A stretch of 22,436 nt of DNA from Ginkgo biloba (lineage: Eukaryota > Plantae > Ginkgophyta): contig JANKJI020000002.1 in the NCBI GenBank assembly GCA_024626585.2, forward strand, positions 63,319,469 through 63,341,904, in the 5' to 3' direction. A program made the position numbers and the translations under genes. This document shows positions 22,011 to 22,436 of the stretch, piece by piece. Each line of letters opens with the position of its first letter. Position 1 is the first letter of the stretch. The notes beneath the pieces were generated by a model. That model was given only the letters and a program-made list of their open reading frames with translations, did no database searches and was not told where the DNA came from.

Positions 22011-22092
22011 CAATGTGATTTGGACATCAGTGTATACTCTTAGTGTCGGATCCCCAAAATATGAAAAAATCCAAAACTTGATGATGCTCCTG

Positions 22093-22105
22093 CATCATCC
22101 TCCCC
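22093..22105 (-). promoter_or_regulatory. PPT and CRM-type LTR start (GGGGAGGA-TGATG)
   Basis: Purine tract abutting TGATG, the typical CRM LTR terminus, directly after the chromodomain. Confidence 0.75.
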
Positions 22106-22436
22106 GAGTATAAAATTTACATGATCTCCTACTCATACCGCTCCTCAAAACTTGTTCATTTCCCTTCATCTAACTCTCTAAGCTCCTCCTCTATGATCAA
22201 TGTGATATCCTCCTACAAAAACCCTTTCTATTTCACTAAATACCAGCTATAACAACCTTTTTGTATGTATTCTTTATTGGTAGATGTTATTTCTAATTGT
22301 TGGCCTCATCTCTTGGTTCCTCATCTATTCTTAGATATCCATATAGGTCCATAATGTTGAATACTGAGGAAATATCATAGTCTATGAGAAAATTTTCCTT
22401 ATATGCATTCTAATTTATCTTCTTGATAATACAACA
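22106..22436 (-). pseudogene. CRM-like integrase C-terminus plus chromodomain
   Basis: IIKKIN*NAYKENFLIDYDISSVFNIMDLYGY (decayed KINDNAYxxDLP...FNVxDL), then YLVK*KGFL*EDITLIIEEELRELD (~22166-22242). Continues beyond the window. Confidence 0.85.

Noticed and set aside
22128-22140. CGGTATGAG (minus strand) as a PBS
   Set aside because: Poor match, no preceding CA, and it lies between the chromodomain and the PPT.
1-22436. Prokaryotic RT systems (retron, DGR, group II intron, CRISPR-RT) or an endogenous caulimovirus
   Set aside because: All RTs carry Gypsy or L1 signatures with integrase, LTR, PBS and PPT context. No repeat-spacer array, operon structure or movement/coat protein motif was seen.

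Overview
AT-rich, CpG-poor eukaryotic scaffold sequence with 15 N-gaps, most likely from a plant (a large gymnosperm-type genome is my inference). I see no intact host gene, RNA gene or CRISPR array. The window is a cluster of decayed retroelements. In order: a diverged ~0.8 kb direct repeat (212-1915); a degenerate L1-type LINE ORF2 (- strand, ~2200-3700); + strand Ty3/Gypsy integrase and RT-RNaseH fragments; a non-chromovirus Gypsy pol (- strand, 9663-11071) with a ~2.9 kb decayed extra-ORF candidate downstream of it (6610-9470); two internally deleted Reina-like chromovirus elements that keep PBS, integrase C-terminus, chromodomain and PPT (12480-14026 and 19429-20520); two Tat-like pol segments with duplicated RT (14987-19197); and CRM-like pieces arranged head to tail (20621-22436). 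All coding remnants carry stops or frameshifts, and lineage calls rest on hand-read motifs only. The best candidates for something undescribed are the extra ORF, the recurrent chromodomain-retaining deleted elements and a tandem double PBS. Adjacency across gaps is uncertain.
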